Position numbers and translations under genes: made by a program. This document shows positions 9,556-17,588 of a DNA stretch of 64,000 bases, piece by piece. This stretch comes from an uncultured bacterium. GTDB lineage: Bacteria; Patescibacteriota; Minisyncoccia; Phycocordibacterales; UBA11359. The notes under the pieces were generated by a model. It was not told the DNA's origin, ran no database searches, and saw nothing but the letters and a program-made list of their open reading frames with translations. Position 1 is the first letter of the stretch. Every line of letters begins with the position of its first letter. The stretch lies in NCBI GenBank assembly GCA_903831815.1, contig CAIKZC010000010.1, forward strand, positions 162,474-226,473. The letters run 5' to 3'.

Positions 9556-10047
9556 GTGTCAATCATGAAAAACAACAAAACAAAAAAAGAAATAAAAGAA
9601 CTTAACATTACCAAATTAATCGAAGCTCCGAGAGATGAGGTTTTCAAAGCATGGATTACTCCAGAGCTCATGATGCAATGGTTCGGTCCAAAAAATTTTT
9701 CTACACCAATCTGTCGCCTGGATGCACAGCCTGATGGAGAAATATATTTAGAAATGGAGGATCTTGACGGCAAACGATATCCGATAAAAGGAGTTTTTGA
9801 AGAGATTGAAACGCCGGAACAAATCGTCTTTACTTCTAGTACTGTGGAAGATATAAATGGAGATCCGAACTTAATTAATCGCGAGACCATATCATTCAGA
9901 GAACAAGATGGCGGCACCAAAATGACACTTCATATTGAAGTGCTTAAAGCCACACCTAAAGTCGCGCAAGAACTGTTAAGCATGGAACTAGGTTGGAGCC
10001 AAAGCTTCGATAAACTTGGAGAACTAATGTCAGAAAATTATTTATAG
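9556..10047 (+). CDS. SRPBCC/AHSA1 (START-like) ligand-binding protein
   Basis: ITKLIEAPRDEVFKAWITPELMMQWFGP ... GWSQSFDKL pattern. Confidence 0.9.
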   Translation: MSIMKNNKTKKEIKELNITKLIEAPRDEVFKAWITPELMMQWFGPKNFSTPICRLDAQPDGEIYLEMEDLDGKRYPIKGVFEEIETPEQIVFTSSTVEDINGDPNLINRETISFREQDGGTKMTLHIEVLKATPKVAQELLSMELGWSQSFDKLGELMSENYL

Positions 10048-10191
10048 AACTCGTTCACCTCTAATTAAACGAACGAGTAGCATGATGATTGCCACAACGA
10101 GAAGGATATGAATAAATCCTCCGAGCGTGTAAGAGGTGATTAAACCAAGAACCCAAAGAATGATTAAAATAACCGCGATTGTTGTTAACAT
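10042..10191 (-). CDS. Small membrane protein, lmo0937 family (absent from the ORF track)
   Basis: Translated by hand: MLTTIAVILIILWVLGLITSYTLGGFIHILLVVAIIMLLVRLIRGERVL (49 aa); LWxLG...GGFIHILLV signature. Confidence 0.85.
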   Translation of the reverse strand: MLTTIAVILIILWVLGLITSYTLGGFIHILLVVAIIMLLVRLIRGERVL

Positions 10192-10291
10192 GTTTTTTAT
10201 TATTAGCTTGTACTATATTGTGCCGTGTTTGGAAATAATTTATTACAATCGATATTATGTAATGTTGAAGCGTTAGACACGGTCTATTGGT

Positions 10292-10789
10292 ATGCAGGCT
10301 TTGCTCAGTAGGTTAGGTTATGAAGTTCCTCAGAATATTAATTCTCAGAGGTTTTTGCGTATATCAATGATCATTAGTTTGATCTTTTTATGCTTCGCTA
10401 TCACATTGTTTGTCGGAAGTATCCAGCCGTTTGGTAAAAGATTTGCGACAAACAGAATTGCCAGCGCATCCGCAAATCCGCAAACACAAAATTTTATGCC
10501 GGCTATCAATATTGCCAACAATGGCGCAATCTTGGTCAGCAGTGCTAGGGTTGTTGCGGTAAATGACAATAAAATTAATATGGTCGTCGGGTGGGGAAAT
10601 ACTAATTTCGAATGGGTCGTACAGACAGATAAAACAACTAAATTTATCGATACAAGTGGAAAATATTTAAATATTTCAAACATCCAATTTGGAAGTGAAA
10701 TAACGGTTACAGGCAAATTGATAGATCGTGGACAGGGAGAAAATCCGTTGATTGATGCTGAATTTGTAAGGATTTTACCTCAAAATTGA
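10292..10789 (+). CDS. Membrane-anchored hypothetical protein with OB-fold-like (DUF5666-like) domain
   Basis: One TM segment, then VQTDKTTKF..IQFGSEITVTG..IDAEFVRI. Confidence 0.65.
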   Translation: MQALLSRLGYEVPQNINSQRFLRISMIISLIFLCFAITLFVGSIQPFGKRFATNRIASASANPQTQNFMPAINIANNGAILVSSARVVAVNDNKINMVVGWGNTNFEWVVQTDKTTKFIDTSGKYLNISNIQFGSEITVTGKLIDRGQGENPLIDAEFVRILPQN

Positions 10790-10897
10790 TCACTTTTACC
10801 GCCTATTGTAAAATTTTGCTTTACGTGGTAGTGTCAAAACAGATTGTTTTTATCTGTGTGCTTTAATTTATTTACAACGTAATTAAAAGTATATAAA

Positions 10898-12949
10898 ATG
10901 AGAAAATTTAACAAAAAATTTGCGGTTATTGTCGCTGTCATGTTCGTGTTGTGTTTTGTCGGTATAAAATATTCGCAAGCCGACGAGGCCGACGTATCTA
11001 ATGATAATGCTGTTACGTCTAAACCGGAAATCATAGAATCAGGTTATTCTATAAAAGGAAATTATGAAGTTATCGGTCTAACTGCCAATGTTTACGGTGT
11101 AGCTAGCGCTATTCCATATACCGGTAAAAGTGATGCTCAACATATCGCCATTGATTGGACTGGTGCATGTGATGCTTCGAGTGCTACGGAATTCCCATTT
11201 ACTTTGATAACATTTGTTGGGGGAACAGGTAGTGGTAACAATAATGGGACTTTTACTGACGCTACGTGGAGCGTTCTGCACACTTTTCCGGACGCAGGAA
11301 CCTATCCTATTTGCGTAAAAGTTTATCACGCAAATTTTAACGGCAATGATGGAGAAGCTACATTAACGCTTAATTTAGTTATTCCTTCCTTGCCTTTGCC
11401 ACCCGAAAACTCTGCACCGACTGCTTCGGACATCGATCTTGTCACCAATGAAAATACGGCAACTACCACGACTCTTATTGCGTTAGATGCAGATGTTACT
11501 GATATTCTTACGTATTCTATTGTTGACGGCCCAGGTCATGGTACTCTTTCGTCTATCGATCCTTCGACCCACGAAGTGACATATACTCCAACTTTAGGCT
11601 GGAACGGTTCGGATTCATTCACCTACAAAGCCAATGATTCCAAACTAGATAGCAATACGGCAACAGTAAATATTACCGTAAATCCAATTGGTGATCCTGC
11701 CCCTTGTACTCTGACCGTTTCGGAATTTCACGACGCTCATTCTCTTTGGAATGTCGGATTGTTCGGAATCGGAATCAATCAAGATAAAACCTTGGCTTAT
11801 GTTAAAGTTGTAAACAAAACACATTGTTCCGCTCAGGTTAGTCTTGGAGCATACAAAATGTTTGATCTTACAAATCTTTCCACTCAGAAATTGTTTGATA
11901 CGACACATTTGGTCACTATCCAGCCACAATCTTCTCAAATGTTAACGGTCAAATTGCCTTCATGTGCCGCACAGATCGATGCCTTTTATGGCGATGCACC
12001 ATCATCGTTAGTGGATTCAGTTGGGACATATGATTATCCGAATATACCTTATATTGTAAAACATAAACTTTCAGAAGAGACGCTTTGCCAGAATGTTCCT
12101 CAAAATACTCCACCGGTCATCACTCTAAAAGGTGATAATCCGATGACTATTTATTATGGCACTCCTTTTGTTGATCCTGGCGTGACTGCTTGGGATGCAG
12201 AAGACGGCGATCTTACCAACGTGATAGTTATGAATACAGTCGATACTTCATCGATTGGCACTTTCAGACTTGGGACTTCAACTATTTACTATTTAGTTCA
12301 AGATTCAGGCGGATTGTTTGCCTCGACCACACGAACGGTCTATATAGTCGAAAGCACTTCAACTCCTACTACAACCCCGGTCATTGATCCTTCAACCGGT
12401 GGACGAAGCAGCGGAAGTTATGGCTTCAGACCATTGGCGTTGGCGACATCGACTCCTTCACTTTCTTGCCCTCTAATTAATTCATATTTACGTTTGGGAG
12501 CTAATAATGATCCGTCGGAAGTCATGAAGCTTCAGTCTTTCTTGAAACAAACCGAAAGTGCCGAAGTTGATGTAAACGGAATTTTCGACCAGAAAACTTT
12601 GGCTGCGGTAAATGCTTTCCAGACAAAATATCTGACTGAAATAATGGGTCCATGGGGAGCAACTCGTTCTTCAGGCAATGTTTATATCATGACCAAAAAG
12701 AAAATCAATCAGATCGCTTGCGATACCGCTTTTATGATTGATCCGATTGAACAAGCAATAATTGACGCTTATAAAGCCTCTCAAAATCAGGTTTCTCCGG
12801 GATTTATCGTTCCCGGCAGTTCACCGGCGTCATCAACAAGCCTTGATATCGGTCTTAACAATGCCACTTCCGATCAAAATCTTGCAGCCGTAGGTAGTGC
12901 ATCTTCGGTACTAGGAAAACTTTGGGGTTTTATAAAAAGTCTTTTCTAA
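10898..12949 (+). CDS. Secreted surface protein: Ig-like/cadherin-like, DUF5011 and peptidoglycan-binding domains
   Basis: Signal peptide; TYTPTLGWNGSDSFTYKAND (Big_9/tandem-95); TPPVITLKGDNPM..DPGVTAWDAEDGDL (DUF5011); LRLGANNDPSEVMKLQSFL..GIFDQKTLAAVNAFQ (PG_binding_1). Confidence 0.8.
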   Translation: MRKFNKKFAVIVAVMFVLCFVGIKYSQADEADVSNDNAVTSKPEIIESGYSIKGNYEVIGLTANVYGVASAIPYTGKSDAQHIAIDWTGACDASSATEFPFTLITFVGGTGSGNNNGTFTDATWSVLHTFPDAGTYPICVKVYHANFNGNDGEATLTLNLVIPSLPLPPENSAPTASDIDLVTNENTATTTTLIALDADVTDILTYSIVDGPGHGTLSSIDPSTHEVTYTPTLGWNGSDSFTYKANDSKLDSNTATVNITVNPIGDPAPCTLTVSEFHDAHSLWNVGLFGIGINQDKTLAYVKVVNKTHCSAQVSLGAYKMFDLTNLSTQKLFDTTHLVTIQPQSSQMLTVKLPSCAAQIDAFYGDAPSSLVDSVGTYDYPNIPYIVKHKLSEETLCQNVPQNTPPVITLKGDNPMTIYYGTPFVDPGVTAWDAEDGDLTNVIVMNTVDTSSIGTFRLGTSTIYYLVQDSGGLFASTTRTVYIVESTSTPTTTPVIDPSTGGRSSGSYGFRPLALATSTPSLSCPLINSYLRLGANNDPSEVMKLQSFLKQTESAEVDVNGIFDQKTLAAVNAFQTKYLTEIMGPWGATRSSGNVYIMTKKKINQIACDTAFMIDPIEQAIIDAYKASQNQVSPGFIVPGSSPASSTSLDIGLNNATSDQNLAAVGSASSVLGKLWGFIKSLF

Positions 12950-12984
12950 AACTTTTCTAAAGTTAGCGGTGTGGTGATCAACAC

Positions 12985-14019
12985 ATGAAAAATTCTCAAA
13001 GAAATTTTTTCATTGGCCTATCAATCGCTGTTTTGTTGTTGCTCGGTCGCTCACTCTATGTGCATTTCACTTTTAAAAGTGTCACGCCAATATCGCCAAC
13101 GATTTCTACTACCACTCCCATTCAAAATACTGTTTCGAGCACGACCCCCGTATCGAAACCTAAACCGGTTTCAGTCTCGGCACCATATCCTACGCCAACT
13201 TCAACTCCAAACACCTCTATACTTAAATGGGGGGCGTATGTTGGTGACGGGAACAACAATCTTGCCAGTTTAGAAAGTATGGTTGGCGCGAAAGCCAACA
13301 TTCAAGCCGATTTTGAAGGTTGGGATACACCTTTTCCTGCTTATTTTGCATCTACTGTCGGTCAGCGAGGTAAGACTCTGGTTGTATATTGGGAACCAAA
13401 TTTTGGTTACGATAAGATCAATGACGGTTCCCAGAATAATTACATCAAGCAATTTGCTGTCGGTGCCAAAGAATATGGATATCCGGTAATGCTTGCTCCA
13501 TTCGATGAATTCAATTTGAATGAAAGCGCTTGGGGTTATGGTATTAATGGAAATACTCCTACAAAGTTTCTGAATGCTTGGAAACGTGTTCATGATATTT
13601 TTGCAAAAGTTGGGGCGAATAATGTAAAATTCGTCTTAACTTACAACAATGTTTCGGTGCCAAATACCCCTGACAACAAATTTTCGGCATATTACCCGGG
13701 TTCCAAATATGTTGATTATGTCGGCGTCGACGGATTTAACTTTGGTAACCCATGGACCTCGTTTGCCCAAACTTTTGATTCTGCAATTGCGACTCTTAAC
13801 ACATTTAATAAGCCGATTTACATCATGTCGGTTGGTACTGTTCCTGGGACTCAAAAACCGGCCTGGATCAATGAAATGGGTACTCATATCAAGACCTATT
13901 CTAAAGTGGTAGGCTGGGTCTGGTTTAACTCAAATAATCAAGACAACGGTGCCAGTTTTGTAATATATTCGGATACACCTTCTCTTGAGTCATTTAGGGG
14001 ATTATTAAACAAAGATTAA
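12985..14019 (+). CDS. Membrane-anchored GH26-like protein, probably non-catalytic
   Basis: N-terminal TM, P/T/S linker, WEP, DEFN, AWKRVHDIF, YYPGSKYVDYVGVDGFN; nucleophile position reads KPIYIMSVG. Confidence 0.8.
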   Translation: MKNSQRNFFIGLSIAVLLLLGRSLYVHFTFKSVTPISPTISTTTPIQNTVSSTTPVSKPKPVSVSAPYPTPTSTPNTSILKWGAYVGDGNNNLASLESMVGAKANIQADFEGWDTPFPAYFASTVGQRGKTLVVYWEPNFGYDKINDGSQNNYIKQFAVGAKEYGYPVMLAPFDEFNLNESAWGYGINGNTPTKFLNAWKRVHDIFAKVGANNVKFVLTYNNVSVPNTPDNKFSAYYPGSKYVDYVGVDGFNFGNPWTSFAQTFDSAIATLNTFNKPIYIMSVGTVPGTQKPAWINEMGTHIKTYSKVVGWVWFNSNNQDNGASFVIYSDTPSLESFRGLLNKD

Positions 14020-14230
14020 TAACACTGTTACAGGACTTTTGATGGAAAGTGTCAATTGCACTAAAATTTACTCAGAAAACGACCTGATTGTTGATGATAA
14101 CATTACACTGAATTTTTAGACTAATTTCAACCCCTAAAACTCGGTTGCATGACGTTTCTGCTACGGTATACTGCGGCGGACTGTCTTTTAATTAATAGGG
14201 GACGGTCTTAATCATATAACAATAATCTAA

Positions 14231-15772
14231 ATGAGTATTATAAATAGCATACGCCGCAAGAGCGCTGTTTTTCTTGTAATTTTTAGTTTATTATTCACGC
14301 CACTTCTCGCTGCTCAGCAGGTATCAGCAGCAAATTGGGGCTCAAATAGGAATGGAAGCAATAGAACTTGGTCAAATTGGGGATCAGGTCATTCAATTCC
14401 AACTCCGACACCTACACCAACTCCTACTCCGACCCCAACACCCACACCAACTCCTACTCCAACGCCGACACCTACACCTACACCAACTCCAACTCCTGTT
14501 CCAACACCGACACCTATTCCAACAACTTCTGGACATGGTTCGATAAGTGGAACGGTTTATAACGATCTAAATCGAAACAGTGTAAAAGATTCAAGTGATT
14601 TAACACTTTCAGGTTGGACAATAAATCTATATAGCGGAGCCGGATGGTCAGGTTCTACTAACAAGGCGCCTATAAAGACCAACGTCTCGGATGCCAATGG
14701 ATTATATTCATTCAACAATTTAACTGATGGTACTTATAGTATCGAAGAAGTAAATCAATCAAGTCTAACTCAATTTACTAACGATTTTAACTCAATTGTA
14801 ATTACTAATGGTGCAGCTGTAACGGGTAAGGATTTCGCGAACGTTGGTAACACTACCACTGTAACTCCAACTCCAATTACTACGCCTGCACCTACTCCCA
14901 CACCAACATCAACACCAACACCGACTCCAACTCCGGTCCCTAACCCGACCCCACTCCCAATTCCAAACCCTGTTCCGGTCACCAACGCTCTACAATGGGG
15001 TGCCTACGTCGGTGACACCAGTGGTGCTCTCTCGTCTTTTGAAACTATGGTCGGAGCTAAGACTAACATTCAAGCCGACTTCGAAGGCTGGGATGCAAGT
15101 TTCCCAAGTCAATTTTCTTCAACTGTCGGTCAGCAAGGTAAAACCCTAGTTATCTATTGGGAACCAAGTTTTGGTTTTGACACCATTAACAACGGTTCAC
15201 AAGATGCTTACATTAAGTCATTTGCTGCCGGTGCCAAAGCATATGGTTACCCAGTCTTACTCGCTCCATTTGATGAATTCAACTTGAATGAGTCTGCTTG
15301 GGGTTACGGACTTAATGGCAACACCGCTGCCAAGTTCGTGATTGCATGGAAACATATTCACGATCTATTCGTCGCTGCCGGTGCCAACAACGTTAAATTC
15401 GTCTTAACTTACAACAACGTCTCTGTACCAAGTTCTAGCGACAATAGTTTTGCCGCTTACTACCCAGGTGCTTCATACGTTGACTATGTCGGTGTCGACG
15501 GATTTAACTTCGGTAACCCATGGACCTCGTTTGCCGGAACCTTTGACTCAGCAATTGCCACTTTAAACACGTTCAACAAACCGATCTACATCATGTCAGT
15601 TGGTAGCGTGCCTGGTGCTCAAAAACCGGCCTGGATCAATGAAATGGGTACTCATATCAAGACTTACGCCAATGTGGTGGGCTGGGTATGGTTTAACTCA
15701 AATAGTGACCAAAATTGGCTCGTAAATACGGATACTGCGTCGCTTACAGCCTTCCAAAGTCTAGTTAAGTAA
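14231..15772 (+). CDS. Secreted protein: PT-repeat, SdrD-B-like domain, PT linker, GH26-like domain (probably non-catalytic)
   Basis: Signal peptide; (PT)n; GSISGTVYNDLNRN..SDANGLYSF..GTYSIEE; GH26-like domain paralogous to 12985. Confidence 0.8.
   Translation: MSIINSIRRKSAVFLVIFSLLFTPLLAAQQVSAANWGSNRNGSNRTWSNWGSGHSIPTPTPTPTPTPTPTPTPTPTPTPTPTPTPTPTPVPTPTPIPTTSGHGSISGTVYNDLNRNSVKDSSDLTLSGWTINLYSGAGWSGSTNKAPIKTNVSDANGLYSFNNLTDGTYSIEEVNQSSLTQFTNDFNSIVITNGAAVTGKDFANVGNTTTVTPTPITTPAPTPTPTSTPTPTPTPVPNPTPLPIPNPVPVTNALQWGAYVGDTSGALSSFETMVGAKTNIQADFEGWDASFPSQFSSTVGQQGKTLVIYWEPSFGFDTINNGSQDAYIKSFAAGAKAYGYPVLLAPFDEFNLNESAWGYGLNGNTAAKFVIAWKHIHDLFVAAGANNVKFVLTYNNVSVPSSSDNSFAAYYPGASYVDYVGVDGFNFGNPWTSFAGTFDSAIATLNTFNKPIYIMSVGSVPGAQKPAWINEMGTHIKTYANVVGWVWFNSNSDQNWLVNTDTASLTAFQSLVK
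14398..14520 (+). repeat. Pro-Thr dipeptide repeat linker
   Basis: About 20 PT units encoded with mixed CCN/ACN codons. Confidence 0.9.
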
Positions 15773-15798
15773 ATTATAAAAAGAGACAGGTGACTGTC

Positions 15799-15839
15799 AT
15801 AAATACCCGACTTCTGCGGCTCAGAAGTCGGGTATTTAT
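15799..15839. terminator. Long perfect inverted repeat, probably a bidirectional terminator
   Basis: ATAAATACCCGACTTCTG-cggct-CAGAAGTCGGGTATTTAT (18-bp stem). Confidence 0.8.
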
Positions 15840-15933
15840 TATGTTGAAGAATTTATTTGGAATATTAGTCGAATATTTAAATAAAAAACAACGTTTTTAT
15901 TAGAGATTGTGTTCTCGCTAAGATTTAGTTTTC

Positions 15934-16959
15934 ATGAAAATATCGCTTCTGGTACCATGTTACAACGAGGAAAAATCCTTGGAGGCCTCTATAAAGTCCT
16001 CTCTTCGACAAACCCGTAAATTTGACGAGATCGTATTTATCGACGATTCTTCCAAAGATCGAACTCCTGAGATCTTGGCAAAATATTCGGATCGGATAAC
16101 TGCCAGAAGAACACCTAAGAATACAGGAAATAAGAGCAGTGCTCAAGAATTCGGTCTACACTTTATTACGGGGGATGTAATGGTCACGACGGACGGTGAC
16201 ACATTGTTAGATGAGAATTTTGCCGCAGAAGTAGAAAAAAGTTTTAAAGACCCCAAGATCGTGGCTGTCGCCGGTCGAGTTAAAAGTTTGCCTTATAACT
16301 GGCTGACTCTTTGTCGAGCATTCGATTATGCCATCGGCCAAAATATTCACAAAGTCGCTCAAAGTTATTTACGATACATTTTTGTTATGCCCGGCGCGGC
16401 CAGCGCCTTTAGAGTTGACGTTTTTAAAAAGTTTATAACTTTTGATCATGACACGATCACGGAAGATCTTGATTTTACTTACAAACTTCACAAAAAATAT
16501 TTCAAAATAATATATAACAAAAATGCGATTTCTTACACTCAGGACCCGGCTGATTTAAAAAATTACATCAATCAAATGCGTCGATGGTTTGGCGGGGGAT
16601 GGCAAAATTTGATGAAACATTGGGATGTAATTTTCAGTCATCCAATCAGAGCTTTTGAATTGTCGCTTATATATTCCGAAGGATTGATATTTTCCGTGTT
16701 GATTTTTGTTTTACCGATTCTAAATTTATGGTTTGGATTATGGCTCATCGTCGGATATTTCGTAGTCGCATTGGCTTTCGGTGTTTGGGCTGCAATAGTC
16801 GAAAGACGATGGACTCTCGTTTTGGCGCCATTTCCGTATCTCGTTTTAATGTTTATAAATTCATACATTTACCTCGAACAATTTGTTAAGGAAGTAATTT
16901 TGAAGAGAAAGAATTTAGTCTGGTTCAAACCGGAGCGTGTAGAAATGATCGCACAATAA
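15934..16959 (+). CDS. Processive GT2 glycosyltransferase (cellulose/PNAG synthase-like)
   Basis: PCYNEE, DDSSKD, DGD, TED and QMRRW (D,D,D,QxxRW), plus C-terminal TM helices. Confidence 0.9.
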   Translation: MKISLLVPCYNEEKSLEASIKSSLRQTRKFDEIVFIDDSSKDRTPEILAKYSDRITARRTPKNTGNKSSAQEFGLHFITGDVMVTTDGDTLLDENFAAEVEKSFKDPKIVAVAGRVKSLPYNWLTLCRAFDYAIGQNIHKVAQSYLRYIFVMPGAASAFRVDVFKKFITFDHDTITEDLDFTYKLHKKYFKIIYNKNAISYTQDPADLKNYINQMRRWFGGGWQNLMKHWDVIFSHPIRAFELSLIYSEGLIFSVLIFVLPILNLWFGLWLIVGYFVVALAFGVWAAIVERRWTLVLAPFPYLVLMFINSYIYLEQFVKEVILKRKNLVWFKPERVEMIAQ

Positions 16960-16960
16960 T

Positions 16961-17545
16961 ATGCCATTTACACCATTTATCGGATTATCGGTTTTAGTTC
17001 ACATCGGAATTATTTTGTGGCACAAGATTTTTGATGTCACCAGTAATTTCAGGGCTTTGACCGTACAAAAGGCGACACGCACTCTTCGTTTCGGAATTTC
17101 GACTATCATCGTTCTTATTTTCGCGGTTATTCTAACTTCGGCTATCGGATTGGTCCGCGCTGGAGTGAATGATAAATATTCAAATATCAATTTAGTTGAA
17201 CAGTTTGTCGGTTACGTCCAAAATTATAATTTTCATGATTCCACTAAAGTAGTTTTAGCTCAGGATGATAAAGTCATCTTAAGTAGCACTTTCGTATCGC
17301 CGCCAAAATCCGTCACATCTGCCGCTTCAAGCACCTTAGTGAATAATTGCGCAAATTCATCGGCAACTACTGTCAACTATTCCAACTCACTGGTAAATTT
17401 TTTGATCTCAAACAAACGGGACCACTCGTTTAAATCCAGAAGTTACCTAGCTTCGACGTATGGTATCAAGTCTTATAACGGTACAAGTAAACAAAATCTA
17501 TTTATACTCCAAAAGCTGATCGATATGGCTAAATGCCAAACTTAA
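16961..17545 (+). CDS. Membrane protein with C-terminal DUF3597-like domain
   Basis: Two N-terminal hydrophobic segments; SLVNFL..DHSFKSRSYLA..YGIKSYNGTSKQNLFILQKL. Confidence 0.6.
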   Translation: MPFTPFIGLSVLVHIGIILWHKIFDVTSNFRALTVQKATRTLRFGISTIIVLIFAVILTSAIGLVRAGVNDKYSNINLVEQFVGYVQNYNFHDSTKVVLAQDDKVILSSTFVSPPKSVTSAASSTLVNNCANSSATTVNYSNSLVNFLISNKRDHSFKSRSYLASTYGIKSYNGTSKQNLFILQKLIDMAKCQT

Positions 17546-17588
17546 AATTTATTAGAAACAATTATTAGCAATTTAATTAATTAAAAAA

